A DNA stretch of 57,520 nt, filler included, from Circinaria calcarea (lineage: Eukaryota): NCBI GenBank assembly GCA_051942165.1. It is 5 parts of 5 records of this genome, joined end to end, with 100 filler letters (N's around TTAATTAATTAA, not from the genome) between each part and the next. Parts side by side here need not be neighbours in the genome. Positions count along the whole stretch, not along the records: positions 11,551 to 22,993 come from JAVECS010000684.1; positions 23,094 to 34,521 come from JAVECS010000685.1; 3 more parts are not named here. One strand, given 5' to 3'. Below are positions 11,551 through 25,053 of the stretch, piece by piece (the first letter of the stretch is position 1; each line of letters begins with the position of its first letter). The notes below the pieces were generated by a model, which did not search any database, was not told where the DNA came from, and saw only the letters and a list, made by a program, of their open reading frames with translations. Position numbers and translations under genes: made by a program.

Positions 11551-12578
11551 TGCTGGTGCATGTAGTCATACACCGCCAGCAATGCCTCCCCCAAGACCTT
11601 CCAGGTCTGGCTTTGCCCGTTCGAGTTCCACGTATGGATACTCAGGCCGTGAGGTCCTAACCAGTTGAAAACCAGACCGGAACCTTCCTCGACCACTCCG
11701 TCACCCCAATGCATTACGTGATCTCGGATGACTCCGTATGCTTCGACCAGTAACGGGGGGATGCTGGCGCTAGCAGCCACCGGTATAAACTTGAGAGTAA
11801 CATACGTTTTTCCGTGCGCTGCGCACCACAGTATTGGCTTGGAACTACTTCGCTGCGTGATAGGATTGAAGGCATTGGCATGGCGACACTCTGGGGAACT
11901 GAGGATAAAACCAATTGTGTCAGCCAATTCTTCCTTTTTACTCAACGTTTCTCGTGCCAACCCCATTATTGTCGTGACCCTGGAAAACGAAATCTGCTCG
12001 TCCAAAGGAAGTACACTGCAAGCACTCATACGAGGCTATTGTCGAGTTACATAACATGCTCAGGGCTACTTGACGGGCATTAGGTGCCACGCACGCCAGA
12101 AAAAATAAAGGCCACATAACCAGCTTCAGAGATCACTCCCTCTCCTGCCCCATACGCCTCGGACAGGAGAAGTTGTATCGCATTCTCAACCAGTCACATG
12201 ATCAGAAAGGGTTCTCACATACGTTTGCCCGTGCTCAGCACATACACTTGACGCAGGATCCGAATTTTCACGAGGTACAGGACTCCGAGGACGGATACTA
12301 GAGGTAAATGAAGAACGTCAGGCACTGTTTGGACTTCACGAGACGGGTTATGGGCCTTACCTTCCAGCTACAACTTTGGGAGCATTGGGGCAATCGGCAC
12401 CACTCCGGCGAAGCAGAGGATCTGCCACGGTTCTAACTATAGCTGGTCGTGTGTCGTCTTTGGCTATGTCATTGTTGGCTAATTCCTGATCTGGGGAATG
12501 GGAGACTGGCACAGCTAGGCCGAGGGCGACAAATAGAGTCAAGGCGGTAATGCCTGAAAAGCAGCCGAAAGCTCGCAT
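11551..12578 (-). CDS. Putative secreted protein of a lineage-restricted family (3'-truncated at the contig end; exon chain unresolved, possibly disrupted)
   Basis: Signal peptide MRAFGCFSGITALTLFVALGLAVP and a GTAAGG donor at 12360. The downstream ORF carries GDG...FNWLGPHGLSIHTWNSNGQSQTWKVLGEALLAVYDYM. Confidence 0.45.
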
Positions 12579-13974
12579 GTCAATGATGAGTGTTGTGATC
12601 AGATTGCAAAACCGTCAGAGAGGATGATGACATGAATTGATCCGGCTTAAGAGTCCGGTGGAACGTTGCCACGTGACCTGCAATCATGGCTTTCGTTTCA
12701 GAAATATCGGCACAGATGGAGCGAGAAGACGCCCCTGTTCAAAGTTTCAATGGAGCGTTTCTGCTATGAGTGATAGCCGCAAGGGCATGCGCTTACGCTT
12801 GCGCATCAAACAGCAAGCAGAAAGCAGAGATAAGATAAAGCACAGCGTGGCCCAAATTCCTTTATCTAAAACTCTTGCACGAAGAGATTGCCCCCAATTC
12901 ATCATCTTGAGACGAGCTGATTCTGTTTGGGGCAGCGCGGGAATATAGCCTTGTCATCTTAACCGGCTGCAGTCGGCGAGAATCTGAGCCTCTCACGGGG
13001 GCAACGGTATACGGATAAGCTAATGGATGAAGCGTATATAGGTTGATTCTGGCGCAAGGCGTCCCTTCGGCGTAGGCTTAGGTCTTAGGTGGCCCACTGT
13101 AAAAGTGCTATATTTAACTGTATAGGTGATTGGTTTTACGAGCTGGGTTTAGTTGAATCCTCGTACAAACCCCACAGGCTTGCTTCTGGCTAGTATATTG
13201 CGGATAAATAGTCCGAGACTAATACATGTCCATCATGGAATATTGTAGAACGGAGAGAAGAAACGCAAGCCAAACGTAGCGTATAGGAGAGAAGAAGAAA
13301 GCTGTCTGGCCAGATCAACTCAGAAATATCGAGTACTCTTGCTATACTTTGACCGTGGCACCAAAATTGCCTTTTGTCCTGGCAAATATGACCATTGAGA
13401 CATCTAAGGACCACTGGGCTCGTTCTATAGGGATATCATCCGGCGGGGGGGTTTCGTATGCCTTCGTTCCAAGTATCCGCGCAATCCATGACAGATAGTT
13501 CGGAACCGAGGAAATGGGCTAGGAGACATTCATCGTGGTATGACCGCTCAACCGGGTGTTCTGCCAGACAGGACTTCCCCGTTTCCTTTAGGATAAAGGT
13601 ACGGCGACGTGCTGCTAGGCCCAATTATTCTATTCCTAAAAAGTCAATATTAATAGCATCTTGGCTCGAAAGGACAGATTGACCCAGTTGCCTCGTCCCT
13701 TTGGGTTTTGCGCCTTACCATGGAATAATTCTGCCCTGTCAAAACGGAACGGCCCGCTGCCCGTCATCAATAAGGCTGACTGGCGTCTTGGCAAAATCAC
13801 AGTGAGAAGCTACATCCTCACTGTCGAAGTTCATGCACGTTCGGTGGTTGGACATTGTCATGGGAGCATATCTCATCTGATCTAGAATCTTATTCGAAGC
13901 CTCATGCCTTGGAGTTCATCTCCTGCTGCATTTCAGAAAGTAAAACATCGGCCAAGAGTGTTATATCGGGCCCA

Positions 13975-16900
13975 ATGGCTTCTGGATTTCTTACATACCC
14001 TGGCTCCTCTGCACTCTCAGAGTTCCGCAGGCAGCTACTGGCGAGCAAGATAGGTGCTACGCATGTACGAGCTCAGTATTTGCACTACGTTGCCCTTAAT
14101 GAAGTGGACAGGCATGACGAGGAGGTTTTGAAGCAACTGCTCTCGTCTGCAGAGGCCGAAGATGCTATGAGCGAGTCTAACACTCCTTTAGCGAGGTATG
14201 AGCATATCCCTACTTGCATTCCCTTAGGTCTATCCACAGCAATTACTGGCACGGCGATTGGGTTCCCCCTATCTTGCTGCTGTAAGGATGGTCCACGGAC
14301 CTTATGCTGAAATGGGCCATGCTAGGTCTACGAAAAGGACATATCACGTGTCACCCCGGGTAGGTACAATATCGCCCTGGAGCTCAAAGGCTACGAGTAT
14401 AGCCCATGTGTGTGGACTTGGGAAGAGCGTAAAGCGGATTGAGCGCTGCACTGTCATTACCATCGTCTTCGACGGAGGCAGCCCAGATCCATCTATCTTT
14501 GCAGATTTGTTTTACGACCGAATGACACAGGACTTCACGACATCGCCGCCAGACCTGCAAGCAATGTTTGCCGAACATGAACCATTACCAGTCAATGTCA
14601 TTCAGACTCATGGCAAAGAGGTTGATCCACGTCATGCGCTTTACGAGGCGAACAATTCGCTTGGGCTGGCCCTCGATGATTCAGAAATTGACTACTTGCT
14701 CCAAGCATATGCCACCGATGGACCTCTAGCGAGATCCCCTTTCGATGTGGAGCTCTTCATGTTTGCTCAAGTCAACTCGGAGCACTGTCGCCATAAGCAG
14801 TTCAACGCAACGTGGACCATTGACGGAGTGAAGAAGCGGCATACTCTTTTTGACATGATTCGAAACACCCATAAAATAAATCCCAAGTACACGATCAGCG
14901 CTTATAGTGATAATGCGGCTGTTCTCGAAGGCGTTAAAGGAACCTTCTTAGCACCCAATAGATCGACGGGGGAGTGGATACAGACTAAGGAAGAGGTGCA
15001 CTATCTTGCCAAAGTCGAAACGCACAACCATCCTACCGCGGTCTCTCCGTATCCCGGGGCCGCAACAGGATCAGGCGGCGAGATCAGGGACGAAGGTGCA
15101 GTCGGGCGAGGATCGAGACCTAAAGCAGGTCTATGTGGTTTCAGTGTCTCTGACTTATTGATACCCAATTTCCGTCAACCTTGGGAACTAGATGTGGGCA
15201 AGCCATGCCACATTGCCAGCAGCCTAGACATCATGCTTGAAGCGCCCCTTGGTAGTGCAGCGTTCAACAATGAGTTTGGCCGGCCGTGTATAACTGGGTA
15301 CTTCCGGACTCTACTCACACGTATACCACTTGGGGATGGTAAACAAGAAATCAGAGGTTATCATAAGCCTATCATGATAGCTGGTGGAGTTGGTACCGTT
15401 CGACCTCAACATGCGCTGAAGGATCCAGATATTGTAGAGGCAGGCGCGTATATCATTGTACTTGGAGGTCCAGCCATGCTCATTGGGCTGGGAGGAGGAG
15501 CGGCCTCGAGTGTGACCTCAGGAGAGGGTTCCGCAGATCTGGATTTTGCTAGTGTACAAAGAGGCAATGCAGAAATGCAACGACGTGCTCAGGAGGTTAT
15601 CAACGCCTGCGTGGCTATGGGATCTGAAAATCCAATCAAGTTTATACACGATGTCGGAGCAGGCGGCTTGTCAAATGCATTACCTGAGCTGGTTCACGAT
15701 GCTGGCTTGGGTGCGACGTTTGAGTTGCGCGAGATTGAAAACGCCGACAAGAGTATGAGTCCGATGCAGATATGGTGCTGCGAAGCACAGGAGAGATATG
15801 TTATGGCTATAGCGCAAGACGGGCTGAACGTTTTCAAAAGCATAGCGGATCGAGAACGATGTGGATATTCGGTTGTAGGAAGAGCCAAGGGAGATAAAAA
15901 AGAAAAGAACAGACTTGTCCTGACGGATCGAGACTCAAAGGATCATCCAAAGCCTATTGACCTTCCAATGTCTGTTCTGTTCGGCAAACCTCCAAAGATG
16001 TCCAGGACCGTGAACTCGAGAAAGTTGCAATTGCCTGGGTTTGATAGCAGTCTCTCGTTGTATCTGCCGAAACCCCCATCTCACGGTCTCCTAGAAGAAG
16101 CTATCCAACGTGTTTTAGCGTTGCCAGCGGTGGGTTCCAAGTCATTTCTCATTACTATTGGCGATCGAACGGTAGGCGGACTAACAGCTCGAGATCAAAT
16201 GGTTGGACCTTGGCAAGTACCAGTCGCTGATGTCTCGGTAACAGCGACGTCTCTTACACTTGGTATGGAAACAGGTGAAGCAATGGCGATTGGGGAGAAG
16301 CCGAGCCTAGCGCTCATTTCGCCTGCTGCATCTGCTCGGATGGCTGTAGCCGAATCATTAATGAACATCGCTGCTGCTGATGTTCTTAATGGACTGGAAA
16401 GGATTCGATTGTCCGCAAATTGGATGGCTGCTAGTAGTCACCTTGGTGAGGGTGCAGCATTGTATGAGGCTGTTGAGGCAATTGGGATGGAGCTTTGCCC
16501 AAAGCTGGGTATCAGCATACCTGTTGGAAAAGACTCAATGTCAATGAAAATGAGATGGTCAGATTCAGAAACGAATGACCCAATAGAAGTTACTGCTCCA
16601 CTATCCGTGGTCATCTCGGCTTTCGCCCCTGTTGCCCACATCAGCAAAACATGGACACCTACTCTCTGTAGACCGGAAGACGTAGGAGAGACTATACTAT
16701 TATTGGTGGATCTAGCAGAAGGTCGAAAAGCTCTTGGAGGTTCTGCTCTTGCTCAAGTTTTCAATCAAGTTGGAGATACTGCGCCTGATGTGCATGATGT
16801 TGGGCTTATCAAAGACTTCTTTGATGCGCTCTCGCAATTGCAAGAGGCTGGCATAGTACTTGCATATCACGATCGCTCGGACGGCGGTCTATTTACAACT

Positions 16901-18175
16901 CTTGTGGAGATGATGTTTGCCGGTCGATGTGGACTCCAAATACTACTCGACGATCTCTGTCATAGTACTGATGTACAAGTTATCAATGAGACTTTGTTCA
17001 ATGAAGAGCTGGGAGCAGTATTTCAAGTTCGCAAGCGCGATGAGATCGAATTCCATCGATGCTTCGCCACCTGTGGACCTCCTCACGGAATGATCAGAAA
17101 GATTGGGCGTGTTCCTTCGGCGTCTAAGCAAGACCTGATCATCCATTGCGGTGCCAATGTCGTCTATCAAGCTTCGAGATCATCTCTCCAGCAGCGTTGG
17201 TCTTCCACTTCGTATCAGATGCAGTGCCTTCGGGACAATCCTCATTGCGCTGATATAGAACACAATCTCATCCTTGACTCGTCTAACCCAGGACTCTTCT
17301 ATAATCTCACTTTCAATCCATCAGCCAACATACTTTCGTTAAAAACCAGTCTTACAAGCTCCTTGCCTCTGTCTGCCAAACCTCGCGTCGCGATTCTCCG
17401 CGAGCAAGGCGTGAATGGCCATGCAGAGATGGCCTTCGCATTCATGAGCGCGGGTTTCTCCGCAATAGATGTGCATATGACTGACCTCCTCTCTGGACGC
17501 GTATCACTCTCAACCTTTGTTGGCCTAGCTGCCTGCGGTGGGTTTTCTTATGGAGATGTTCTCGGCGCAGGACAAGGATGGGCGAAATCGGTTCTCCTTC
17601 ATCCTGGCACACGAAAGGAGTTCAAAGATTTCTTTGAGCGCAAGGACACATTTACCCTTGGCGTTTGTAACGGCTGTCAGTTCTTAAGTCGACTAAAGGA
17701 GCTAATACCAGGAGCCCAGAGGTGGCCATCTTTCGAAAGAAACGCTAGTGAGCAATATGAAGCTCGGATATGTATGGTCGAAATCATAGACAACAAATCC
17801 TCTCCATCGGTGTTTTTACATGGAATGTCCGGTTCTACATTCCCGGTTGTGACTGCTCATGGTGAAGGCAGGGCATACTTCGCTGAGCACAGCAACTCCG
17901 CGGACGCCCTTGCAGAGCAGAACATGGTGGCGGTACGATATGTCGACAACTATTTAAACCCGACGGAACAATTCCCAGCAAATCCTAATGGAAGTCCAAA
18001 AGGGATCACAGGCGTTCGAACACCGGATGGAAGGGTATTGGCAATGATGCCACATCCAGAACGAACAATCTTAGCCGGCGTTGGAAGTTGGATACCTGCT
18101 GGAAAAGCTGAAGAGTGGGGCAACGTGGGACCTTGGGCAAGAGTATTTCAGAGCGCAAGGAGATGGGTTGGATAA
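13975..18175 (+). CDS. ADE6: Phosphoribosylformylglycinamidine synthase (FGAM synthase, large PurL)
   Basis: Exon 1 is MASGFLTYPGSSALSEFR..., followed by intron 14196-14325. Motifs FAQVNSEHCRH, KVETHNHPT, GATGSGGEIRDEG, IHDVGAGG, GVCNGCQ and MMPHPER. Confidence 0.97.
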
Positions 18176-18274
18176 TTCCGTGGGAGACGATAGGATAAGG
18201 GGGAAACTTCTTATATAGTAAATATCGGTTCAAATGATGTCCAAGTTAACATCTGTTTACGCTACGTTGCGATA

Positions 18275-18292
18275 TGTGTGTGTGTGTGTGTG
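18275..18292. repeat. (TG)9 microsatellite
   Basis: Read directly from the sequence. Confidence 0.85.
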
Positions 18293-18612
18293 TATGTAGT
18301 ACTTCTAGGAGAGGGAGGTAGAAGGACGTAGGTAGCCGCCAAGTAGGGGTTATTCTAGGATGCAAGCCAGCACACTTAGCTGTATCTCATATGCTAAGTC
18401 ATGAGTAGCTAGAAGTTCATGCACAACTCAGAAACGAGTCATATGTGGTACCGTAAAATTCTTCTGGGGTAACGCTAAGAAGGCAGATGTACAGTCGACA
18501 AGACCTTTGGAGTAAAATCTCGCTTTGGAGGAAGGCGTATCCTATGAATATCATGTACTGTCGCCCTGGGTCGTTGACTATCTTGCCTTTAGCAATTCCG
18601 ATTCAAAACCCC

Positions 18613-19602
18613 TTAGCCCTCCAGTTGATCCAGTAGAGAATCTGGATATCTTTCTCCACTGACTTGAAAGGAGCGTAACACCTTGTCGACCTCCTCGAGT
18701 TCTGAAGAGCTCAAGGAAATTAGCCTTGTATTCTCTTCTACCCTCGCGACCGTAGTGGCTCCCGGAAGAGGAATAATAGTCGGCATGCCCGCTCCTTGTT
18801 GCAATTGCTTGACCCAGCCAAGAGCAAGCTGTGCCGGCGTACAGGCTTTTTTCCTCGCAATGGCTTTGAGACGATCCACGAGTTCAATGTTCTTTGCAAA
18901 GTTTTCCGGGAAGAAACGAGGGTATTGATGTCGAAAATCGCCTTTGGGGATATCTTCGGGTCCTTTGATTTGGCCGGTTAAGAAACCTCGACCCAGAGGC
19001 GAGTACGCAATAATCGGAATACCATGCTCCGCACAGGTGCTTGCCACGCCATTTCTCAAACAGTTGCTTTCCCACAAGGAGAGTTCCACCTCAACCGAAG
19101 CAATGGGGTGGACCTTGACAGCCCTTTGGATCGTTTGCGCATTACACTCACTCAAGCCAATCCCGCCAATCTTACCCTCTTGGACTAGTTTGGCGAGAGC
19201 GGAGATGGTGGTCTCGATCGGTACATTCCTATCGACCCGTGCACACTCGAAGATGTCGATCTTCTTCTTGCCATCAAGAACTCGGACGCAATTCTCCACA
19301 CTGGCACGCACGAAAGCCTCATCACCGTGCGGCTCCAGACCCTCGTCGTTGCCACCTTTGATATTCAGGATGACTTTGTCGGCATCTTGGGGGTACTTGG
19401 TAAAATATCGGTTGAGCAGGTGAAGGGAATTAGATTCTCGAGGACCGTAGAATTCGCCTCCGTTCCAGAGATTTGCACCGCCAGCTAGAGCCGCCTTCAT
19501 TGCAGCAAAGGCTTGTTCATCAGGAGTTTGTGTGGGGCGCCAGGTCATACCCATCAATCCTAAGCCGCATGAGCCTATTTGCCTGCTGAGTTGAGTAGCC
19601 AT
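18613..19602 (-). CDS. Aldo-keto reductase (pyridoxal reductase-like)
   Basis: Single-exon 329-aa ORF. Motifs GLGLMGMTW, NGGEFYG, IDIFECARVD, GKIGGIGLSE, AYSPLGRGFLTG and IPLPGATT. Confidence 0.92.
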   Translation of the reverse strand: MATQLSRQIGSCGLGLMGMTWRPTQTPDEQAFAAMKAALAGGANLWNGGEFYGPRESNSLHLLNRYFTKYPQDADKVILNIKGGNDEGLEPHGDEAFVRASVENCVRVLDGKKKIDIFECARVDRNVPIETTISALAKLVQEGKIGGIGLSECNAQTIQRAVKVHPIASVEVELSLWESNCLRNGVASTCAEHGIPIIAYSPLGRGFLTGQIKGPEDIPKGDFRHQYPRFFPENFAKNIELVDRLKAIARKKACTPAQLALGWVKQLQQGAGMPTIIPLPGATTVARVEENTRLISLSSSELEEVDKVLRSFQVSGERYPDSLLDQLEG

Positions 19603-20656
19603 CTTGGTGCGTTGCTTGATTTTTGATAACTAGGAAAGAGTAATCTTATGGGGTTTGGCTTTTGACGCGAGTGTCATAAGATCTCGAATTCTGATGCGTT
19701 ATCCAACAAAGGTATAGCTATATATTAAGATATGAAATAGCATACGGGAAAAATGTTCTCCATGTTATATGTATACGAGCTAGGACTCTAAAATATTTAC
19801 CAGCCATCACGCTTGTCAATAATATGCAGTACGTTAGAGAAGCCGATGATCGAGATCGAAGAGCAATATGCTCTACTCATCTTACAGAGGAAAGCTGAAA
19901 GGACCGGAGTATTCCAGGTACAAACAATGGCGCGCGCTGGGGTCGCGATTATTGTCTGCGGCTAACGGCTGCACCTAATTCTAGAGGACGCTAGAATAGA
20001 CACGAAATTTTCTCAAAAACGAGCCATTGAATCATTAATTGATAGCAGCCGTATCTCCGAAGTCCTGTCCCAAGGCGTGGGAATATCACATTGGAAATGT
20101 TTGAGCTCTTAACTATCCTTTACCACATATCACTAAGCAATCTTGGCGTGCCATCATTGCCGTCTCCCCAGCTTTCAGAGCGAACAAGAATAGTCTACTC
20201 GGTCAACGGTCCCAAAGCGCATTGTAACCCGGAGTAACTGCAATTAACCATCCAGACTTTGCTTCAACGCCTGGGCGGAAACCGGAGTCCAATATCGGCG
20301 TGGTGCCTCTATACCCTGTACTCTTTTCGGGGGGGAATCGTTCGGCCCTGCCACTAGCATTCTACCATTATACTATCTACCACGACAAGCATCATAAGGA
20401 GCATTCAATATGCCCTAGTTCAGTAGGGGATTTACGTACATCATCCAGCCGTGTGTCCTAGAGACGTCTGTGGGTACAAAGTCTCTCAAATATATGACTT
20501 TCTATATACTAGATAATGTAAGTTATAGGGTATATAATAGATGCTCGATAATAGGTCTTCTCTTTCCTGTCCTTCGTCGTAGGTGATAGAAGTTCTAGCG
20601 ACTTTTTTATCAAATCATTTTATTCCGGCTATCGTGGATCGCTCTTACTTGGAGAC

Positions 20657-22741
20657 ATGTTGTTATTTCGACTTCTAGTACCTGCTCTATTGACTTTGCT
20701 TGCAGCTGAGGGAAGCCATGTTCAAATCTCCCTTAACCTAACATGGGAAGTCGCAGCTCCAGACGGAAACTCTCGAGAGGTGATCCTTACCAACGGCGGG
20801 TTTCCTGGTCCGCAATTGCTCTTTGACGAAGACGATGATGTTGAGGTGCGTTGTCAATGCAGTTAATTTCGGGCTTTACTCACAATAGCCTAGATAGTGG
20901 TTCATAACAACCTGCCCTTCAATACTACTATGCATTGGCACGGCATTGAGTACGGCTTTCCACAAACATTTCCATGAAGTAGAAGCTGATAATCTATCTA
21001 TATAGGCAACATGGCACACCATGGTCCGATGGCGTCCCTGGACTATCGCAGAATTACATTGTGCCGGAGTCTTCATTCACTTACAGCTTCACTGCTAGCC
21101 CGCCAGGCACTTATTGGTATATCAATCTCACTCTCACAAGAACTCTCATAACATATATATATAGGTACCACTCTCATGCGCGGGGATTAATCCAGGATGG
21201 ACAGTATGGTGCAATTTTCATCCGGTTCGTAATTTGCATATTGACTTTATTACAACATACTAGATAGTACTAACCAACAATCCAGGCGTAAACTAGGCAC
21301 ACCGACGCCTTTCAAACTTATAACAAACGATTCGGAAGACCTAAGTAGAATAGATGTTGCGGCAGCTACTCCCAGACTTGTTCTTCTCTCTGATTGGACC
21401 AATTTCAGCTCATCGAGCTACTACGACGCTCAAGTGAAGATAAACCTGGACCTTTTGTACGTAAGCCTCACGAATCTCCATTTTGTAGCTCACGTAATAT
21501 AGTTGCGTGGACAGCGTGCTCTTTAATGGCAAGGGAGCTGTCAACTGCCAATCACAATCTTTCCTGGAAAGCTTGGTTGGGCCTGTCCTTGCATCGTTGC
21601 TCGATGGCTCCAAGGTTACAGACAAGGGGTATGGCTCTCTTTGCCTCTCAAAATGGTCATCAACTTGACGCTGGACAGATGCCTGATGCCCGCTCTTCCA
21701 GATGTCCAAGGTAAATACTGGAACGACGGTGATCTTTCGAAGCTCCCCCCGGGGCTAAATTCCGGGTGCCAGGCCACTCAGGGAAGCATGGAAATCTTTG
21801 AAGTCGACGCCCGCGATGGCTGGGTGAGTCTCAATTTCATTGGGGCCCAGTCACTTGCAGACATAATCGTTTCCTTGGATGGACACTCAATGTGGATCTA
21901 TGAAGTGGATGGATCATATGTCGAGCCGCGTCTCGTCGACACCCTCAGCGTTTACCATGGAGAACGTTACGCGGCAATGATACAATTGAACAAGACCCCT
22001 GGAAATTATACACTCCGGGCGGGAGTCCAGAATCCAGATCAACTTCTATCCGGGTATTCAACCTTCGCGTACAAAGATGGGAGCGATATAGAAGCGGTAC
22101 CTCCTTACCTCGATTACGGTGGCACAAACACAAGTGCAAACGTCCGATCAAGCGACAGGGAAGCATTCATCCCATATCAGGTGGTGCCGCCGTCTCTTTC
22201 GGCGCAGTCGATCCATTTCACCCAGCTCGGCCGACTGGGTGCCGCATGGAAATGGACTCTGAATGGTCACGCCCGTTATACCGTCGACCGCTTTGACACC
22301 GCTCCGCTGCTCTACAATCCCAACTCCCTGGAAGCGCTGGACGAGAATCTCGTCATCAGGACCCTGTACGACAGCTGGGCCGACATCGTCATCCAGACCG
22401 TCTGGGACGACCAGACTCCCACACAGCCGCCGCATCCCATCCACAAGCATTCCAACAAGGCCTACGTCATCGGCCAAGGCACGGGCATCTTCGCATGGGA
22501 ATCGACCGCGGATGCGATCGAGGCCGTGCCGGCATCTTTCAATCTCATCAACCCACCCTACCGCGATACCTTTGTGACTTCGCCCGCCACCGAGGCATGG
22601 ATCGTGATCCGATATCACGTCATCACGCCCGGCGCCTTTCTGCTGCACTGCCACATCGATACCCATCTCGAATCGGGCATGGCCATGGCGTTGCTGGACG
22701 GGGTGGATCAATGGCCCCAGCTTCCTTGGCCGCCTCGCTAG
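20657..22741 (+). CDS. Secreted multicopper oxidase / laccase (AA1; Abr2/yA-like)
   Basis: Signal peptide and several short introns in the 5' half. Copper motifs HWHG (~20932), WYHSH (~21170), HPIHKH and [12 protein letters not shown]. Confidence 0.92.
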
Positions 22742-22762
22742 ATGGATGAGAGGAGGAAATTT

Positions 22763-22780
22763 TATATATATATATATATA
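22763..22780. repeat. (TA)9 microsatellite
   Basis: Read directly from the sequence. Confidence 0.85.
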
Positions 22781-22993
22781 ATTTTTTTAAATATATACAC
22801 ACAAAAAGAAGTAGAGTGAGCGCCTAGCTAGGGGTAGCAAGCAAGCATAAAACAGAGTATCAGACACAGCTCAGCTCGGGGGCTTAGGATCTACAGTTTT
22901 GGGAGGAGGGGGGTGGGGAGCCTTGTACTTTTTCAAAATAAATCACTGAAAACGAAAACCCTGGTCCCTGACTAACTGACTGACTGAATCCCC

Positions 22994-23093
22994 NNNNNNN
23001 NNNNNNNNNNNNNNNNNNNNNNNNNNNNNNNNNNNNNTTAATTAATTAANNNNNNNNNNNNNNNNNNNNNNNNNNNNNNNNNNNNNNNNNNNN
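22994..23093. other. Artificial contig linker
   Basis: N44-TTAATTAATTAA-N44. Confidence 0.98.
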
Positions 23094-23564
23094 ACCGTAA
23101 CATAGTTCCCAGATGTTCTCCCGAGCGCACCACGATCCCCGGCCTTCTCTTCAACGTTGGTCATGACGGTACCTTCGGGTACAGAGCCAAGAGGTAGGAC
23201 GTTCCCCACAGTTAGAGTTGCATTCTTCCCAGCGTAGATGAACTGGCCAGTGTACATGCCTTCATTTGCAATGAACGTTTCGGTGTGGAGCTTGAATCGG
23301 TACGGGTCACGGAATACGACCTTTGCGAGAGGTGCGCCTCGGCCAGGATCGTGAATGATATCCCTAACTACTCCTCGTATGTACCCATGCCTCTCCGCAT
23401 AATCGAGGGTTCGGAACTGCGCCGGAGCTTTGTTGAGACGAGTGTGGGCCGCTGAAGCTATGCGTTAGAAACTCGCTGACCTATATCATACCGAGACCTT
23501 GGGGCAGCAACTGACTGAAAATGGATCCACGACCCTTCCTCTGGTTGCGAATCACCCGACCCAT
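23094..23564 (-). CDS. RPL2: 60S ribosomal protein uL2 (L2/L8), 3'-truncated by the contig end
   Basis: [16 protein letters not shown], then intron 23515-23452, then [24 protein letters not shown]...[12 protein letters not shown]...[13 protein letters not shown]. Confidence 0.97.
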
Positions 23565-25053
23565 TGTAGCCTTGAGAGATTTAGTACTCAGTTACCTGGA
23601 TGTGGGAACAATGAGTTTTGATTGCTTACCGCAGTGCTTCGTAATTTTTACTGTGGTTGAATCTCAGACTGACCTAGAATTTGTGGGTGACAGGGCTGGA
23701 ATTTCGCTTACTTAGCTTCGTCTCTAGCGCCATGGCAAAGCCAACCTCTCCTCTCGCTGGGCCATGACTATCTGCTTTGGATCATCACGTCCACATCATC
23801 CCGCGAAGAGCAACATGCACGTTGATGTGGATGCTCAATCCTTGTGCAGCGATGATTGACCTGTTTGGCTTTCATGGATGGGCGATACTGCCTAGCTGGA
23901 TTCCGTATTTAGGTTTATCTATGATCTCTCGATGGATGTTAGATGTGGACAATGGGTGCTATTGGTTTGGCTTTTTGTTCTCCATGCTGCTTCCATTATA
24001 TTCATTTTTAATGAGTTCCAAGATATCACTACGGAATTGTGGAGCTGGTGAAGCCGTTCAACTTCCTTCAACGACGTCAGATAGCCTTTCCTATCCGCCA
24101 CACTCTCTGCAATATGCTATTATCTACATGACAACCACGTCTCCTACTGGCGTCAATAGAAAACTGCTTACAACGTGTTCTAACTTCTTCTGGCCGCCGT
24201 GCTTGCCTCGCACCCCCGGTTCTGAAATATACAGCGAGAGATGTTCATTATATCCCTCGATGCTCTATACATGCTCATGTTACTGCAGTTATCTCCAACT
24301 ACATTACTATCGTTGAAGTTTGAATCGTCCTAGTTAGCCATTTGAGTCCGCGTTTTTCGATGTATTTACAAGTTATCTTGTCAGAAGATGAATTTCAAGC
24401 TGCTTGAGGTGCAAATTCTCATTAAAGTTTTTGTTAGGATGAAGAGTCGAGTAACAGGTAATTCGTTGCTCCAATTACGTGCAGATGTCCTCGGGCGCAA
24501 TGTGGAAGCCTCGGGGTTTGCAAGTTCCCCCATTCCTGGTCGCAAGTCCTTCGAACCCCAAAGGAACCGCAAACCATAGAATCATGGCAGCTATCATCAG
24601 CAAATTCTGTCTTGAGGGGACCGCAGTATTGCTCTGGCCACAAGGTGCGTTCTCTAAACAGCTTGAGCGCTTCGGTCTGTGTGGGTGGTATTAGCATAGC
24701 TTGAAGATGGAACCATTTTAAAAGAGAGGGGAATTGGGATTAAAGAAAACTCTACGAGATACATCATCAAAACCTTGCCCATGATCAGAATTACCTCATG
24801 CAACACACTCCTGTTGTTCGAATCTCTCTCGAGCAGTGCTCTACGAGAGCACTTCAAATTCCAATTGCTCTACGGCCTGCCCATGAAGCCCCAACTCAAA
24901 CGTGAATGCTAGACGAATAAATAGCGCAGTTCTTATGGCGCTTGTCCGTAGCTGTGTAGCCCATTCTGTTCGATTTCATCGTTCACCTATAATCATTTCC
25001 CGCACCCGATTCGACCCCAACCCCAACCCCAGCCCAAGCTGTAGCTGTCGGCC

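Noticed and set aside
13855..14310. Separate ORF or programmed frameshift at the start of ADE6
   Set aside because: A canonical intron at 14196-14325 joins the two frames.
23777..24900. 179-aa plus-strand ORF and minus-strand fragments between RPL2 and the WHIM1 gene
   Set aside because: Non-ATG start, no recognisable motifs and no consistent splice model. It may be a relic but cannot be supported.
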